Translations under genes and position numbers: made by a program
Notes under the pieces: generated by a model
Told to the model about the DNA's origin: nothing
Databases searched by the model: none
The model's input: the letters and a program-made list of their open reading frames with translations, nothing else
In this document: piece by piece, positions 61,954 to 64,000 of the stretch
How the letters are laid out: each line of letters starts with the position of its first letter
Numbering within the stretch: position 1 is the first letter of the stretch
Source: Rhodospirillaceae bacterium
GTDB taxonomy: Bacteria; Pseudomonadota; Alphaproteobacteria; MPNO01; UBA2964
Direction of reading: 5' to 3'
DNA: 64,000 nt
Assembly (NCBI GenBank): GCA_002720855.1
Contig: PBIN01000006.1
Location: 368-64,367, forward strand

Positions 61954-62940
61954 TTAGACGATTCCAGCGCGGAGCAAGTCGTGAATATGTAGAATGCCCA
62001 CCGGCCTGTTATCCTCAAGGACAAACAAAGCGGTGACGGGTCGCTCATCTTTGTTCATCATTTTGAGAGCAGCGGCGGCGAGTTCATTCGGTCCAACCGT
62101 TCTTGGACTCTCGGTCATCACGTCGCCAGCAGATTGGTTCAACAGCCCTTTATCCATATGACGCCTTAAGTCGCCATCCGTAACAATGCCAGAGAGGGCG
62201 CCCTCTGCGTCGGTGATTCCCACACATCCGAAGCTCTTGTTGGTCATGATGATGAGCGCTTCCGCCATAGGCGTTTCCGCCGATACGAGGGGAACAGCAT
62301 CGCCCCTGTGCATGACATCTGATACTTTTACGAAACGGCGACCTAGTTGTCCGCCCGGATGTAGAGCACTGAAGTTCTCCGGAGAAAATCCTTGTCTTTC
62401 AAGCAAGGCAACTGCGAGCGCGTCGCCGAGTGCGAGCATAGCGGTGGTCGATGTTGTGGGCGCCAGGTTCAACGGGCACGCTTCTTTGATTTCGGGCAAT
62501 ACAAGCGAAACATCGCCTGCTTTGTCCAGTGAGCTGCCAGGACAACCGGTAATCGAAATGAGCGGAATTTCGTTAATCTTGGTATGGGCGACCATGTCCG
62601 AAAGCTCAAGCGTTTCTCCCGAGTTCGACAATGCCAGCAATACATCCTGCTTGGTGATCATACCGAGATCACCATGACTGGCCTCGCCGGCATTTACGTA
62701 TTGGGCTGGTGTCCCCGTCGATGCGAGAGTTGCGGCAATCTTGTTGGCAATGTGACCGCTCTTACCCATGCCACTTACAATTACGCGCCCGGTCGCGGAA
62801 GACATAATATCGAGAGCCGCTACGAAAGATTCGTCGAGAACCTCAGCTAACCTTGTAAGCCCCGCTGCTTCGTCGTGGAGAACATTTCTCGCGACGCCAA
62901 GGTCTGTTATAGATGCTTTTTCCTGAATTTCTTGCGTCAT
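61954..62940 (-). CDS. kdsD: Arabinose-5-phosphate isomerase KdsD/KpsF (SIS + CBS domains)
   Basis: GMGKSGHI..KIAAT.ASTG, HGDLG, SNSGET, APTTST, HPGG.LG, TDGDLRR. Confidence 0.94.
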   Translation of the reverse strand: MTQEIQEKASITDLGVARNVLHDEAAGLTRLAEVLDESFVAALDIMSSATGRVIVSGMGKSGHIANKIAATLASTGTPAQYVNAGEASHGDLGMITKQDVLLALSNSGETLELSDMVAHTKINEIPLISITGCPGSSLDKAGDVSLVLPEIKEACPLNLAPTTSTTAMLALGDALAVALLERQGFSPENFSALHPGGQLGRRFVKVSDVMHRGDAVPLVSAETPMAEALIIMTNKSFGCVGITDAEGALSGIVTDGDLRRHMDKGLLNQSAGDVMTESPRTVGPNELAAAALKMMNKDERPVTALFVLEDNRPVGILHIHDLLRAGIV

Positions 62941-63071
62941 AGATCGTTTACTTTCCAAACTCTAACCTTTGTACAAGGATTTAAAGCTGTCCGTCCGTTA
63001 GTCTACTCTAGAATTGAAATACCGGATAGAAACTTGCTCCGAGTGTAAACGGCTTCTGCCTGTCCAACCCG

Positions 63072-63683
63072 CTAATGGGCAAAAATATCGGTTTCCGCCC
63101 ACCCGGCGAGATCTAATCTGGCTCTATCAGAAAGAAAATTGAAACACGCCGCGGCGAGGTCAGTTCTGCCTTCACGTGCTAACATGCCATCCAGGATTTC
63201 ACGAATTTGGTGTAGATAAAGAACATCTGATGCAGCGTAACTTAGTTGCGCTTCGGTTAGGTCTGAAGCTCCCCAATCCGAGGATTGCTGTTCTTTTGAA
63301 ATAGAAACATCAAGGAGTTCCTTGCACAAATCCTTGAGCCCATGGCGATCTGTATAGGTTCTGGCGAGTTTTGACGCAATTTTGGTGCAATAGACTGGCG
63401 TACATGTCACATCCAAATACTTTTGGATAACGGCAATATCGAACCGGCCGAAGTGAAAGAGTTTCGTTATTGCCGTATCGCTGAGCATTGATTTCAGGTT
63501 TGGCGCGTCATATTGGCTCTTTTCAAATCGGACAATATGAGCATTCCCGTCGCCCGACGATAATTGCATCAAACAAAGTCGGTCACGGTCGGGTCGCAGT
63601 CCCATAGTCTCGGTGTCGATTGCTACGCAATTGCTGAGATCGAGCCCGTCAGGAAGGTCACCCTCGTAAAGTTCAATTGTCAT
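63072..63683 (-). CDS. rnd: Ribonuclease D-like 3'-5' exonuclease (short form)
   Basis: AIDTET.GL...RDRLC, H.GRFD, CTKIASKL, QQSSDWG, YAA.DV. Confidence 0.93.
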   Translation of the reverse strand: MTIELYEGDLPDGLDLSNCVAIDTETMGLRPDRDRLCLMQLSSGDGNAHIVRFEKSQYDAPNLKSMLSDTAITKLFHFGRFDIAVIQKYLDVTCTPVYCTKIASKLARTYTDRHGLKDLCKELLDVSISKEQQSSDWGASDLTEAQLSYAASDVLYLHQIREILDGMLAREGRTDLAAACFNFLSDRARLDLAGWAETDIFAH

Positions 63684-63723
63684 GCCCGCCCGTTCTTTCC
63701 TATCCGATCAGGTGTTGCGGTAA

Positions 63724-64000
63724 TGGTGCCCAGGAGAAGTAGTGGTTCCCGATGTAGGCACTGACATCCACTGATATATGAGCAATACCGCCAGTCTACG
63801 TATCAGCTGGTCACCGTCAACAGGCACATCCTGTACGTCAGTTTGTGCGTCAGTCCGTGCTTATCGTTATCAGTACAGGGAAGGTGTGCATTTGAGTGAT
63901 ATCTGAGTTTCCTCTGAGTACAGGCTAACTGCCCCACTGTAACTGTCATTCACCTAACCCTGAATAGACACTTAAATGCTCACCTAACTGCCTTATCAAT
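63724..64000. mobile_element. Edge of a probable integrative element or prophage bounded by a copy of a tRNA-Leu-like 3' end
   Basis: 63724-63739 reverse complement CTTCTCCTGGGCACCA without the rest of a tRNA; followed by non-coding DNA with short tandem repeats. Confidence 0.6.

Overview
A core-chromosome segment of an alphaproteobacterium. Gene order and protein style suggest a marine Rhodospirillales-like organism (inference). Most of it is conserved synteny: polA; pckA-chvI-chvG-hprK-rapZ-EIIA-HPr-ahcY-divL-tsaE-amgK-murU-addB-addA-trxA; folC-accD-trpAB-trpF-pyrF-lapA-ihfB-sppA-rpsA-cmk-aroA; and ptsN-hpf-rpoN-lptBAC-kdsD-rnd. Accessory material lies between polA and pckA (5.4-17.1 kb) and at tRNA sites. 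The best candidate for an uncharacterised system is a Fur-boxed iron module (10.6-17.1 kb). There a secreted Lys-rich DUF4856-like protein and a membrane di-iron (sterol desaturase-type) enzyme sit inside an Fe(III) ABC transporter locus. Other notable items: a stand-alone short LOV photoreceptor behind a perfect palindromic CtrA box; an arylsulfotransferase with no signal peptide paired with an MmgE/PrpD protein; folC with no canonical start (probable CUG start, next to an A8-C-A8 slippery tract in accD) and a CTGA overlap at murU; a frameshifted divL; a hydrolase whose stop codon lies inside tRNA-Arg; a decayed 2.4-kb island at tRNA-Ala bounded by a 15-bp direct repeat; and the edge of a probable tRNA-Leu-integrated element at the right end. 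All family calls come from motif recognition by eye; no database searches were run.
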